Shown one piece after another: positions 1 through 9,760 of a stretch of DNA of 64,000 nt. Numbering within the stretch: position 1 is the first letter of the stretch; each line of letters starts with the position of its first letter. Both the position numbers and the translations under genes were made by a program. The notes beneath the pieces were generated by a model. The model saw only the letters and a program-made list of their open reading frames with translations, had not been told where the DNA came from and did no database searches. This DNA is from a virus, in IMG/VR virus record IMGVR_UViG_3300002026_002465, positions 1-64,000 of that record, one strand, 5' to 3'.

Positions 1-204
1 TCAAAACAACTTATTTATATAACTTATCCATCTGAGACGGGTAGGTTTTTTAGTTATATTTACTAATTTAAGTATAGAGTTTGGCTCCCATTTTTCACAA
101 GTATCATATTGTGAATGGTATCGCAAATTACTACATAGAGAATAATTATCACATTGATTACAAGTTTTATTCTCTAACAAGTTTTTAGCAATATCATTTA
201 TCAC
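1..204 (-). CDS. Small Cys-rich protein, NLLENKTCxxC paralog family
   Basis: IAKNLLENKTCNQC...TCEKW motif shared with ORFs at 16404-17296. Confidence 0.7.
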   Translation of the reverse strand: MINDIAKNLLENKTCNQCDNYSLCSNLRYHSQYDTCEKWEPNSILKLVNITKKPTRLRWISYINKLF

Positions 205-920
205 AATATGTTTATATCTCCATTTTTAAATTCAACATGTTTTAATTTAGGTAAAAGAAGAGTATTAAATGCAATATCATAAACATATTCAAATTCTGCT
301 GTTGTAAAAACATGAATAGTTGTTGTCCACGGAATGTCCTTTTTCTGAACTGCATAGTATCCAGCATTATAGGCAGCAAGAGACATATTCTTATCTTTAA
401 CAGTGTCCAAAAGCCACTTAAAACATGATAAAGCTTCTTCTGTATTTTTCTCTATATCAAAGAAATCAGCTCTAGTCCAAGTTTTTCTACTCCCAGAATT
501 GAGTTGAAATAGTCCTCTATCCCACGTCCCATTTCTATTTTTACGTTCAGCATTAGGTGTAAATTCAGATTCTCTTTTTGCAAGAGCAAAAGCTGTATTT
601 ATAGAAACATCATGCTTGATTGCTTTTTCAATAATAACATTTGTTATTTTTCTTGATTTAGTATATTTATCATAGAATCTTAATACCTTTTCATATTCAT
701 CTGGCCAGTTTTTTTCTAAAGATATAACTAAATTGTTTATATCTTGGCCATTAATAAATACATTCATATTCACGTATTCAATTTTAATTCTTTCAACTTC
801 TTTTTCTACTATAATTGGGAGTGTAATTACTTTTTCTTTAGCAGGAATAGAAAATGCTGTATACATTATAATCATGAGTATAATAAACAGATTTATAGTG
901 AGTTTTCCATATTTTAACAT
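201..920 (-). CDS. Lytic transglycosylase (SLT domain) with N-terminal membrane anchor
   Basis: ALAKRES (catalytic Glu), DRGLFQLN and LAAYNAG motifs; hydrophobic N-terminus. Confidence 0.85.
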   Translation of the reverse strand: MLKYGKLTINLFIILMIIMYTAFSIPAKEKVITLPIIVEKEVERIKIEYVNMNVFINGQDINNLVISLEKNWPDEYEKVLRFYDKYTKSRKITNVIIEKAIKHDVSINTAFALAKRESEFTPNAERKNRNGTWDRGLFQLNSGSRKTWTRADFFDIEKNTEEALSCFKWLLDTVKDKNMSLAAYNAGYYAVQKKDIPWTTTIHVFTTAEFEYVYDIAFNTLLLPKLKHVEFKNGDINIL

Positions 921-968
921 TAATTCTCCTAGTGATATTATTTATGCTTTTATATACAAGATAATAGC

Positions 969-1826
969 ATGTTATTAGCTGAAATCAATAAAAACTTAAA
1001 AAATAAAGATTTATTATCTTTTGTATCAAATAACTTTAATTTCTTTATAAGGTATCTTTACAAAACCGTTGAAAAAGTTATACCTTGTAGTGTTAAAAGT
1101 ATAAATGGCAATGATATTGCTAATATGGGTATCATCATAGACTCTTTATTATCTAATAAATATGCTTTTGATTTTTTCTCTCAAAACCATGATATGTCAC
1201 TAGACACTACCACCGGTGAAATAAACATAGAATTTCATGAAGATAATGGCATCTTTAATATAAAAATATATAGAGATAGTGTCAATTCATTTACTAATTT
1301 TGCATATACACTAGAATCTTCTTTTAGTGATTTTGCACAAAAATTTGAAAAAGCCATGCTAGAAATTAAATCATCAGGTTTTAAAAAGAAAAAAGAATTA
1401 TCATTTGCTTCTACAGATATGAAAGCTTTAAACGCTTTCTTGAAAAAAGTTTATTTAAGATTTAGTTTTAAAAAAGCAAGTAAAACTAGTGATTCTTGGA
1501 AAATAGAGATATTCTCAGATACATATAGTTTATTTATTAAAGATATTGTAAAAAAGAGGGTATTACAAGATGATGAAAAACTTGTACAATTTCAAATAGA
1601 TTTTTTAAAAAAGCACGCTAAATATATAGTTGATTTTTTTGAAAGAAGAGGTTATTATATAGATGAAATGTGGAGTGCTAATTTTTATATAATATTAATG
1701 GCTAAAAAAACTCAAGTAAAAGATAGAAAAGATATTATTATAAAAAAATTTGATACTCTTGAATCAGAATATGATTATTCTTTAGATGATTTTTATCAGT
1801 TAGTTATTAGAAAAATGTTTGAATAA
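969..1826 (+). CDS. Hypothetical protein
   Basis: 285-aa ORF, AAGATAAT motif 11 nt upstream of ATG. Confidence 0.7.
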   Translation: MLLAEINKNLKNKDLLSFVSNNFNFFIRYLYKTVEKVIPCSVKSINGNDIANMGIIIDSLLSNKYAFDFFSQNHDMSLDTTTGEINIEFHEDNGIFNIKIYRDSVNSFTNFAYTLESSFSDFAQKFEKAMLEIKSSGFKKKKELSFASTDMKALNAFLKKVYLRFSFKKASKTSDSWKIEIFSDTYSLFIKDIVKKRVLQDDEKLVQFQIDFLKKHAKYIVDFFERRGYYIDEMWSANFYIILMAKKTQVKDRKDIIIKKFDTLESEYDYSLDDFYQLVIRKMFE

Positions 1827-2073
1827 ATGGAGGCTAGTTATGATATTTTTTAAAGACAAGTTGGAAAAGTTTTCATCAAGAAAATATAAAATAGTTGTAT
1901 TTTGGAATACAATGTCATTTATTGCTCTAGTAATTCAAGCCTTATTATCATATTTAGGTAAACCAACAGTAGTTCCAACTGAAATTATTATAGGAATTAC
2001 AGGAGCATTAAATGCTGGTTATATGGGTGTTAATCTTTTAGAAAAGAAAACACCTAGTATAACTGAAAAATAG
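1819..2073 (+). CDS. Small two-TM membrane protein (holin-like)
   Basis: Two hydrophobic segments, basic N-terminus; likely start 1840 after GGAGG. Confidence 0.45.
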   Translation: MNKWRLVMIFFKDKLEKFSSRKYKIVVFWNTMSFIALVIQALLSYLGKPTVVPTEIIIGITGALNAGYMGVNLLEKKTPSITEK

Positions 2074-2081
2074 GAGGAAAT

Positions 2082-2594
2082 ATGTTTAATATATTTTTTG
2101 GATTGATAATTATAGGTCTTGTTTCTTTTTCAATTAATCTTTTCTTTAAAATAAAAGGTGATAAGAAAAATGATATTTTTGATTTGATTGTAAACAGCTT
2201 GTTTAATAAGATGACAATAGTTTGTTTTTCAGGTGCAATTGTTATATACTCAATTTTTAGTCTCTCTCCATATTATGCCTCACAAAGTGATTTGTATTTA
2301 ATTGATGCCTATAATAAAAACATTGTCTTATACCAAGGTTATGTTGATGAATATACATCCTCGGCGCAAAAACAAATAGAAGAATATCAAGCAGCTCAAT
2401 CACAAATGGCAAGAACAGCAACTGCTGTCCAAATGCAATTTTGGAGTCAACAAATTGATGCTATAGGTAATAGTATAACAAATAAAATTAAAGAGTTTAA
2501 TGATATGATTGTTGAACAAAAGGTTGCTATAAATAATGCACAATCAAGAATAGAAGGAAGGGAAAGAAACAAGTTCTTTTTTCTAATAAAATAA
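2082..2594 (+). CDS. Membrane protein with coiled-coil C-terminus
   Basis: Two N-terminal TM segments, AGGAGG RBS. Confidence 0.65.
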   Translation: MFNIFFGLIIIGLVSFSINLFFKIKGDKKNDIFDLIVNSLFNKMTIVCFSGAIVIYSIFSLSPYYASQSDLYLIDAYNKNIVLYQGYVDEYTSSAQKQIEEYQAAQSQMARTATAVQMQFWSQQIDAIGNSITNKIKEFNDMIVEQKVAINNAQSRIEGRERNKFFFLIK

Positions 2595-2595
2595 T

Positions 2596-2928
2596 ATGTA
2601 TGAAACAACAATACCAAAAACTGGCAGTAAAAACGGCGATATAAGATATTTTATCTTCTTTAATGATCACATGTCACCTATAGAATATACATTACAAAAA
2701 GTTCAATGTATGAAAAGATGGTGTGATGATGTTAATAAAACTTATGTCACAATATGTCTTATATTAAAGGATTATTTTTCAGGAGAAAAAAGTCGTGAAG
2801 GAGCATCAACTTATGTTGATCACACATGGCAACTTCAACCTAATGAAGAAATGGCTCAACATCTCTTATTAAGACTTATGTTTTCAGCAGGTCAACATTT
2901 ATCATTTAATGATGAGTGTCCATTTTAG
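2596..2928 (+). CDS. Hypothetical protein
   Basis: ORF packed directly after previous gene. Confidence 0.6.
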   Translation: MYETTIPKTGSKNGDIRYFIFFNDHMSPIEYTLQKVQCMKRWCDDVNKTYVTICLILKDYFSGEKSREGASTYVDHTWQLQPNEEMAQHLLLRLMFSAGQHLSFNDECPF

Positions 2929-2951
2929 AGATATCAAAAGTATAGTATAAT
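2924..2951 (+). promoter_or_regulatory. Class 1 promoter TTTAGA-N16-TATAAT
   Basis: One of 13 copies with 16/17-nt spacing. Confidence 0.7.
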
Positions 2952-3459
2952 AAATTCACAAGGAACTATTATCTGAGTATTAATACAACAAAGTGAGGCA
3001 TCTATTAAGGCACAATTATATTCCCTTGAGACTAAAGATTTATTATTCAAATTTTTTATGGACAATATGAAATACGATGAATCAGACAAAACATTTAACT
3101 GCCTTGGTTTTAAATCTAAAAAAAGCAGAGATTTATATTATCTGATTTTAAGTAAATGGAAAGAAGAAAAAGAGTGTTTTGAAGAGATGAAAATATTATT
3201 TTAAAGACGCCTAAAATAGGAGATATTTACAAATCTGATAATAATGAATATGGGTTTTTATATATTATTATTTTAGGTAAAAAATCTTCATACAATATGA
3301 TTACTAACAAAAGTCTCCAAGATTATTCATATGCTATATATGATAAAAACATGAAAAAAGTTGAAGATTTGATTTTTTTTACAACTGAGATAAAGCAAAT
3401 ATTAAAGGGCTTTATTTTAGTAAAATCACCTCAAGAAAGAGCTAAAATATTATTATCAA

Positions 3460-3488
3460 TTTAGAGCTTTTATGTAGCATAGTATAAT
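3460..3488 (+). promoter_or_regulatory. Class 1 promoter TTTAGA-N17-TATAAT
   Basis: Directly upstream of deaminase ATG. Confidence 0.7.
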
Positions 3489-3494
3489 AAAAGT

Positions 3495-3893
3495 ATGTCT
3501 AAGATAGATTCAATATTGCGTATTGCCAAGAATTATTATGATAATACTGAAGACAATGGGAGTCAGAGATTTAAGATTTCTGCCATTATAACTGATAGTT
3601 TTGGGCATATTATCTCTAAAGGTAATAATTCTTATTCTAAAACGCACCCTATACAAACAGAGTATGCAAACAAAGCTTCGAGACCTCACAAAGTATTTCT
3701 TCATGCAGAAATATCAGCTCTTGTTAAATGTAGAAAAATCCCTCATAGTGTTTATGTTGTAAGATATCTTAAAAATGGCATGCCTGGTGATGCCAAACCA
3801 TGTCCTGTTTGTGAAATGGCTCTTAGAGAGGCTGGTGTAAAAAAAGTTATTTATACATCAGAAAGTGGAATTGAAGAATACAACTTGGCATAG
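3495..3893 (+). CDS. Zinc-dependent cytidine/dCMP deaminase-like protein
   Basis: HAE and PCPVC zinc-binding motifs. Confidence 0.85.
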   Translation: MSKIDSILRIAKNYYDNTEDNGSQRFKISAIITDSFGHIISKGNNSYSKTHPIQTEYANKASRPHKVFLHAEISALVKCRKIPHSVYVVRYLKNGMPGDAKPCPVCEMALREAGVKKVIYTSESGIEEYNLA

Positions 3894-3898
3894 TTATT

Positions 3899-4234
3899 AT
3901 GATGAAGAAAACATTTTTTGATAAATTACAAACTCAAATCTTTAACCAATGGATTGTTCATTATGATGACAATAATCAAACCTATATTTATTGTTTAGAA
4001 ACTCCTCCTACAAGTGCAACAACTTATTTTCATAGTGGACCTTTTTACAATGATGGATATTTTTTCATCCACAAACAAGGTGAAGTGTTTTCATCAGATA
4101 AGTTAAAACAAATAAAAGATTCTAGAGATATTAAAATAGATACAACTTATTTGTTAGGGTGTTGTAAATTATCGGATTTAGATATTAAAAGAAAGTTAGA
4201 CAAGTTTTTAGCTAAAAGGTTATTACATGGATGA
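3899..4234 (+). CDS. Hypothetical protein
   Basis: ORF in tightly packed operon. Confidence 0.6.
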   Translation: MMKKTFFDKLQTQIFNQWIVHYDDNNQTYIYCLETPPTSATTYFHSGPFYNDGYFFIHKQGEVFSSDKLKQIKDSRDIKIDTTYLLGCCKLSDLDIKRKLDKFLAKRLLHG

Positions 4235-4499
4235 AGATAAAGAAGTTGTAGCAAGTATCATAATAGATTCAATTATTTCAAATCTTTATCAAAGTCAAAT
4301 GTCTGATGAAGAGTGTGATGCTGTTCTTTATGGAATTATTGATACAATGATGGAAATGCTTGATATAGAATATAAACAAGATTTTCAAGATATATTTAAA
4401 ACAGTTATTCAAGAATTAGAAGAAATTGGGCAAGATGATGATGAAATGGATGCTAGTGTTGAAAGAATAGCCAATGAGTTAGGGTGGGAATGGGAATAA
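4227..4499 (+). CDS. Acidic hypothetical protein
   Basis: Asp/Glu-rich 90-aa ORF. Confidence 0.6.
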   Translation: MDEDKEVVASIIIDSIISNLYQSQMSDEECDAVLYGIIDTMMEMLDIEYKQDFQDIFKTVIQELEEIGQDDDEMDASVERIANELGWEWE

Positions 4500-4681
4500 T
4501 AGGATTAAAAGAAGATAGGAGATATAGAGCTTATTTAGTATGGGCAACAAGAACTGAGTTTATAGAAGTAAAGTCATCACCAGAAGTATCTGAAGATAAT
4601 ATAAGAATTGAAACAACTGACTTTATTAAAAGATTTTTATTGCCAGATTATATGGGTAATAAAGTAGATTTGCTTATATGA
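4484..4681 (+). CDS. Hypothetical protein
   Basis: Short ORF in operon. Confidence 0.45.
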   Translation: MGMGIIGLKEDRRYRAYLVWATRTEFIEVKSSPEVSEDNIRIETTDFIKRFLLPDYMGNKVDLLI

Positions 4682-4682
4682 G

Positions 4683-4898
4683 GTGTTTATGAGTAATGTA
4701 TATGCTCCAACTACTTTTGCTTTAGAATGGTGGAGTAATGAAGAAAAAGAACTATTAGGTTATATAGGAGAGTTATATTTTGATAAAGATATTGTTATCA
4801 TAAAAACAAAAAATGGACACACTATAACTTTAGGAACAATAGATAATATTACTCCTGAAATGAAACTGGCCATTACAAAAATAAAACTTTTGGAGTAG
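4683..4898 (+). CDS. Small protein, paralog of 4904-5122 and 52443 ORF
   Basis: YAP..EW...IG.L..D.D.V.IKT motif shared. Confidence 0.65.
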   Translation: MFMSNVYAPTTFALEWWSNEEKELLGYIGELYFDKDIVIIKTKNGHTITLGTIDNITPEMKLAITKIKLLE

Positions 4899-4903
4899 AA
4901 AAT

Positions 4904-5122
4904 ATGAGTTATGCTCCTATTTATGATATAAATGAATGGTTTACTCCAGGGACAAAAGATATTGGAATTTTATTTTTGGATGGTGATAATGTAAAGATTA
5001 AAACAAATGAGAATATTGTTTTTAATATAGGATCATTAAACGATATGAATGATTCTTTTAGAGTGGTTGTTGCAAAGATTAAATTGGTGGAGAAAAATGA
5101 AACTTTATATAATAAGCCCTAA
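4904..5122 (+). CDS. Small protein, tandem paralog of 4683-4898
   Basis: YAPIYDINEWF...IGILFLDGDNVKIKT. Confidence 0.65.
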   Translation: MSYAPIYDINEWFTPGTKDIGILFLDGDNVKIKTNENIVFNIGSLNDMNDSFRVVVAKIKLVEKNETLYNKP

Positions 5123-5380
5123 TGACAAGGGTGAAGGTATGTATGCTCTTATAGCAGAGATGGAGAATATCTCTTTTCACATTATTGTAGTAATGAATTT
5201 TTTGCTCACTGTGATTTAATTGGTAGGAGAGAAGAAAGAAAAGAGATGTTAAAGTCTCTCTATGGAGAATATGAAGTTATATTTTTTAATAAACAAAACA
5301 AAATATCAATAAAAGAACTTTTTGAAAAAAATAGGGAGTGGTTTGAAAAATTATCAAATGTTGATAAAAACGTCTCCTAA
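5097..5380 (+). pseudogene. Hypothetical protein with apparent single-base frameshift near 5158
   Basis: MKLYIISPNDKGEGMYALIAE continues in another frame as GEYLFSHYCSNEFFAHCDL... to TAA at 5380. Confidence 0.55.
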
Positions 5381-5389
5381 GGGGAAAAT

Positions 5390-6064
5390 ATGTATCAACA
5401 ATATAGTCTAAAAATAATCTCAATAATAGGCTTAGTAGCAACCATAGGAATACATCTTTTTGTTTGGTTAAATCTTTCTATCTCTCTTGTAGTAGTTTTA
5501 TCAATCATTGTAGATACAATAACAATTATTGCAATAATTTACTTATTACAACAGGTAATTTCTCTTAGACTAAGAATAACAAAAGACCCTTTAACAGCTA
5601 TTTACAATAGGCTTTATTTTTCTTATGCACTTGAGAATGAAATAATTAGAACAAAAAGAAACAATCATAGTATGGTTATGGTTTTGTTTGATGTTGATGA
5701 TTTCAAAAAAGTGAATAATAGTTATGGTCATTACGTAGGAGACCAAATACTAGTAGAGGTGGGGAAAATAGCATCAAAAGTTATTCGTCAATACGATACA
5801 TTTGCAAGATTAGGCGGAGATGAATTTGCAATTATACTTCCTGAAATAGATATAAAAGGAGCATTTGATATTTGTGAAAGAATAAAAGAAAAATTAACTT
5901 CAACACAATTGAATCATAAAACACAAATAACAATATCAATGGGGTTGGCAGTTTTAAAAAACCATCATGACCAACACACAATATATCAAGACGCTGACCA
6001 TGCAATGTATCAAGCAAAAGATAATGGAAAAAATCAAATAGTAGTTTTTAACCAAGGAGAATAG
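5390..6064 (+). CDS. Membrane-anchored diguanylate cyclase (GGDEF)
   Basis: DPLTAIYNR, DVDDFKKVN..YGH..GD, RQYD I-site five residues before intact GGDEF, ADHAMYQAK; two N-terminal TMs. Confidence 0.93.
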   Translation: MYQQYSLKIISIIGLVATIGIHLFVWLNLSISLVVVLSIIVDTITIIAIIYLLQQVISLRLRITKDPLTAIYNRLYFSYALENEIIRTKRNNHSMVMVLFDVDDFKKVNNSYGHYVGDQILVEVGKIASKVIRQYDTFARLGGDEFAIILPEIDIKGAFDICERIKEKLTSTQLNHKTQITISMGLAVLKNHHDQHTIYQDADHAMYQAKDNGKNQIVVFNQGE

Positions 6065-6065
6065 G

Positions 6066-6287
6066 TTGCAAATTTTATATGTGGATTTTGAAACAGAGAA
6101 GCTAATTAAAACAGTTGAAATAGAGAAAGAAACAGAAATAGAAAATGACCCTGTTTTAGCAGGTGTTCAGAAAAAACTATCTCCTGAAATGTTTGATATT
6201 TACAAAAAAACAATAGAGAATTATTTAGAAGAGTCTTTCATTTTACAAATGAAAGAAAGAAATGGCATAATGTATTTGGGAGAGTAA
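6066..6287 (+). CDS. Hypothetical protein
   Basis: TTG-start ORF in operon. Confidence 0.55.
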   Translation: MQILYVDFETEKLIKTVEIEKETEIENDPVLAGVQKKLSPEMFDIYKKTIENYLEESFILQMKERNGIMYLGE

Positions 6288-6288
6288 A

Positions 6289-7320
6289 ATGATATATATA
6301 CCTGAAAAGTTTGTAGTAGGTTTTCAAAGAAGAGTAAATCATGCAAACTTTAAAACTAGCGTTGATAATGACAATGAATATATTCTTGGCTTTGCTTCTT
6401 ATTATGATAATAAGGGTAAGTTAAAAAAAGAAGGCAGCTTTAATAGTTGGAGGCAAGAAGAGAACCCAATTCTAACATTTGATAATACTCCTACTAATGG
6501 ATTTAAACTTTTAGGGCATGAAAGTAAATACTCCAGTTGGTCAGGAACTGGGCGCTCTATTTTTAGTGTAGAAGACCCTAGAGGTTTTGTCCTCCAAATC
6601 AACTCAGGAAATCTTATTGAAATTATTCGTCAATGTGATGTTAAATACGGAAAAATAGAAAACAAATGTGTTTGGTCATGGTCAGGAGCTGATTTAATTC
6701 TCGCCCCTGAGGGAACAGACATTTACAATGAAGGAATTGAATCATTTAGAATTAAAAATCAATCCACCTCTATAAAAGATATTTCACTAGGTGATAGTGT
6801 CTTATTAAAAAATGGAAATAAAGGAATATGGTATGGAGCTCAATATGTAACTGAACACAAACCTTATTATGGGAGTTATAGAACCAAGAATCTAGAAATA
6901 AATATAAATACACAATCTAGAAAATTTCTTTTTCTAGAAGATGGAATAGATAAACCATATATTTATATCAAACCATCTTTTGAAGTGTCTGAAATAATTA
7001 AAAAAACAGGCTCTCCTCTCACTCCTGAACAAGTTTCTATTATGTTTAATGAACAAGTTAAAACAATAGGTTCTCAACTAGAGAAAAAATATAAATTAGA
7101 ACCTAATAAATATCCAGACATTGAAACTAAATGGAATGGCATGTATAGTTTTGAAGAAAAGCTTTTATTCTCTCCAAATAAAATAAAGGATAATAATGAT
7201 TTATTAAAAAAAGTAACTGAATTAAAGTCCTCTGATTGGGCAATTTCTTTCTATTCAACAGATGAAGATGAAAGAAGACATCAAAAATATATTGAAGAAC
7301 AAAGGATGAGAAAATGGTAG
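6289..7320 (+). CDS. Phage hypothetical protein
   Basis: 343-aa ORF with GGAG RBS. Confidence 0.75.
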   Translation: MIYIPEKFVVGFQRRVNHANFKTSVDNDNEYILGFASYYDNKGKLKKEGSFNSWRQEENPILTFDNTPTNGFKLLGHESKYSSWSGTGRSIFSVEDPRGFVLQINSGNLIEIIRQCDVKYGKIENKCVWSWSGADLILAPEGTDIYNEGIESFRIKNQSTSIKDISLGDSVLLKNGNKGIWYGAQYVTEHKPYYGSYRTKNLEININTQSRKFLFLEDGIDKPYIYIKPSFEVSEIIKKTGSPLTPEQVSIMFNEQVKTIGSQLEKKYKLEPNKYPDIETKWNGMYSFEEKLLFSPNKIKDNNDLLKKVTELKSSDWAISFYSTDEDERRHQKYIEEQRMRKW

Positions 7321-7389
7321 ATTATTTAATGTTATATTTTTATCTGTATTCACCCCCAACTATTTGCTTAATAATGCAAGGAGTATAAA

Positions 7390-7929
7390 ATGTTTAAAAA
7401 AAGATTATTTCCACAGTTTGGAACGATGAAATATAAACTCTATAAAAAGTGGGTTAAATTTCAATATATAAAATTCATACTATCAGATAAAAACTCTGAT
7501 TGGGATTTTTATGCACTTTTAAATTTAAATATAAAAAAACTAACAATGATGGGTCTTTATTTTGCAAAATGGGGAGTTGTCATTGATGTAGAAAGAAAAA
7601 AACAAGTAAGAACAATTTGGCAAGCTCGCCATTATTTACTTAATACAGTAAATGCTTATGATATTATAGAAAAACGAGCTCAAAAAGAAATAACAGAAAA
7701 ATATGGCTCTCCATTTAAATATGGAGAAATGATAACAGAATCTAAAAAAAATGGAGATTATATTTTTAAAGGTTTTATTCTTGATAGTCCAAAAGTAGAA
7801 CCTGATAAAGAAAAAGAGGTTAGAGATTTATACCACTCATATACAAAAAAAGAATATCCATTTATGGACGAGAATGTAAAGAAAGCATTTGAAGTAATAT
7901 CTTCAAATATATTTACCTGGTGGGATTAG
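7390..7929 (+). CDS. Hypothetical protein
   Basis: 179-aa ORF, AGGAG RBS. Confidence 0.65.
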   Translation: MFKKRLFPQFGTMKYKLYKKWVKFQYIKFILSDKNSDWDFYALLNLNIKKLTMMGLYFAKWGVVIDVERKKQVRTIWQARHYLLNTVNAYDIIEKRAQKEITEKYGSPFKYGEMITESKKNGDYIFKGFILDSPKVEPDKEKEVRDLYHSYTKKEYPFMDENVKKAFEVISSNIFTWWD

Positions 7930-8121
7930 GTGTTAGAAGTGATTACTGGGGTTTTCAATCCTGCTTGGGAGATGATAAAATGTAATTGCTCAAATGGATT
8001 GAAAACTGGTGGAGAAGAACCTATAGAATGTGATAGGTGTGAAGGGAATGGAGTAGTTTGGAGGCATAAAAAATCAGGCCTTGTAAAAAACTATCCAGGT
8101 GGTAGAATTGTAGGTAAATAG
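7930..8121 (+). CDS. Small zinc-finger-like protein
   Basis: CxC and CDRCEG motifs. Confidence 0.5.
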   Translation: MLEVITGVFNPAWEMIKCNCSNGLKTGGEEPIECDRCEGNGVVWRHKKSGLVKNYPGGRIVGK

Positions 8122-8149
8122 TTTAGAGACTCTCCTTGTATAGTATAAT
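8122..8149 (+). promoter_or_regulatory. Class 1 promoter TTTAGA-N16-TATAAT
   Basis: Upstream of 8169 ORF. Confidence 0.75.
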
Positions 8150-8168
8150 TGATTAACGGAGAGAGAAG

Positions 8169-8525
8169 ATGAAGAAACTTATAGCTTTTGCCTTGGTAAC
8201 CTTTATGACAATGTCTGCTTTTTCTATATCTTTTTATGAAGGTATTTGCCCAGTTATTGTTGAAATTGGTGATAAAAACTTGAAAGTGGCTAAAGAATAT
8301 AAGGTTATTCTCAACGAAGACCTTACTTGGGAAGCTAAAAGTGGAGAAAAAGGGACATATTTTTGGACTTATGAAATTATTCGTAGTTCTAATGTAGGAA
8401 CACTTCACTTTACCTATAACAATGTAGAGTATAATTTCATACAGGATAAGAACAAATATTGGTTCGTTGGGTATGATTCTGAGCATAATTTGGGTCTTCA
8501 CCTTGATTACGACAGAAGTGTTTAG
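8169..8525 (+). CDS. Secreted/periplasmic protein
   Basis: MKKLIAFALVTFMTMSAFS signal peptide. Confidence 0.7.
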   Translation: MKKLIAFALVTFMTMSAFSISFYEGICPVIVEIGDKNLKVAKEYKVILNEDLTWEAKSGEKGTYFWTYEIIRSSNVGTLHFTYNNVEYNFIQDKNKYWFVGYDSEHNLGLHLDYDRSV

Positions 8526-8548
8526 AGACAGAGAATCTGTGGTATAAT
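8521..8548 (+). promoter_or_regulatory. Class 1 promoter TTTAGA-N16-TATAAT
   Basis: Upstream of lipoprotein ATG 8574. Confidence 0.75.
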
Positions 8549-8573
8549 CAAGACGATAACTAAGCAGATTTAG

Positions 8574-8991
8574 ATGAAAAAGATTTTGATGGTGCTTGCT
8601 GTTGTTTCTGCCTTCGGTTTTATGAGTTGCGCTAACCCCACTGGCCCTGAAGCTCCTACTGTAGAGCCTGTTGTTGACCATGTTACTCCCACCTCCTGTT
8701 GAAGAGCCTACATATACTTCTATTGTAGGTGCTTGGGAGGGTTCAGATTCTGCTTTTACTTATGAGATTAGTGTAACATCAGTGACAGAATTTAGTGTTA
8801 AAATTTATTACGAAAGTGGTGTAGAGATTGTTGACGAGGCAGTAACAGGAACTTATATCATAACTGGAACTACTATTAGTTCAGTGATAGTATTAGGAAC
8901 TTTTGCAAGTTCAACTTGGATAACTACCGATTTTATCACACTTAATATAACACTTTATGGTGGAGATACAATTACTTTCGCTCGTCAGTAA
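8574..8991 (+). CDS. Lipoprotein (apparent single-base frameshift near 8688)
   Basis: MKKILMVLAVVSAFGFMSC lipobox at 8574; Pro-rich linker joins the 8671-8991 frame (PPVEEPTYTSIVGAWEG) if one C of ACTCCCA is removed. Confidence 0.65.
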
Positions 8992-8998
8992 TAACAAG

Positions 8999-9026
8999 AA
9001 ATCCCACGATAAGGGGGATTTTTTTT
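8999..9026 (+). terminator. Intrinsic terminator
   Basis: AAATCCC...GGGATTT stem followed by T-tract. Confidence 0.65.
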
Positions 9027-9059
9027 GCACTAAATGTAAAAAACTAATAAGATAATCTT

Positions 9060-9497
9060 ATGAAAAAACTAACAGAATTTAACCAAAAATTTGCAGATAT
9101 TATGAATAAAACTAAATCTATTCCTAATAAAGATTTAATAGACAAAAGCTATAAATCAAATGCCCGGAAAAAAGTAATGGTCTTTTCAGCAGAGTTTAAA
9201 AGTATTGATACTGTCAATAGTAACACAACTTTAAAAGATAGGTTGGTTATGGCATCATCAAGTATAGGTGACCAAAAGCTTTATACTGCTAAAAAGATTA
9301 AGATTGATGATATAATAAGTGATTTTACATCCCTTATTAAGGGTGAGATAAAGAATTTTGTCAGGAATCGCCCCCCTGCCGATTTGACAGTTGAATACTT
9401 TCCTGATGACAAGTTATATAATGCTATTATTATTGATGATAATGGAGTATTTGATAGAATTGTTTCTGAAAAAGTTACTAAAAAGTTAAATTCGTAG
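9060..9497 (+). CDS. Hypothetical protein
   Basis: 145-aa ORF after AAGATAAT motif. Confidence 0.7.
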   Translation: MKKLTEFNQKFADIMNKTKSIPNKDLIDKSYKSNARKKVMVFSAEFKSIDTVNSNTTLKDRLVMASSSIGDQKLYTAKKIKIDDIISDFTSLIKGEIKNFVRNRPPADLTVEYFPDDKLYNAIIIDDNGVFDRIVSEKVTKKLNS

Positions 9498-9524
9498 CTA
9501 AATAAAGCATATTTATATATACGA

Positions 9525-9596
9525 CGCAGGATAAAGTAATGGTTACTTACAAGCCTCATAAGCTTGGACATGTTGGTTCGAATCCAGCTCCTGCTA
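9525..9596 (+). tRNA. trnM: tRNA-Met(CAT), possibly initiator-like
   Basis: Cloverleaf; CAAGC-CTCATAA-GCTTG anticodon arm; C1:U72 mismatch. Confidence 0.85.
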
Positions 9597-9606
9597 TTAT
9601 TTTTTG

Positions 9607-9706
9607 GTGAGAGGCATCATTTCTTGGGGTTTTCGCATATTTAAGTTACTGTTTATTCGTGTGGTTTTTTATCGGAACTTGTTCATTGCCCAATGATGCC
9701 TCTCAC
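9607..9706 (+). ncRNA. Candidate structured RNA closed by a perfect 15-bp stem
   Basis: GTGAGAGGCATCATT (9607-21) pairs with AATGATGCCTCTCAC (9692-9706). Confidence 0.45.
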
Positions 9707-9713
9707 TTCTTAT

Positions 9714-9741
9714 TTTAGACACTTCCTTTATATGGTATAAT
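9714..9741 (+). promoter_or_regulatory. Class 1 promoter TTTAGA-N16-TATAAT
   Basis: Upstream of rIIA. Confidence 0.75.
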
Positions 9742-9760
9742 ATATCTATAGGGGAAATCA

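Noticed and set aside
8091-8681. 196-aa minus-strand ORF
   Set aside because: Shadow of two + strand exported-protein genes that have promoters, RBS and signal peptides.
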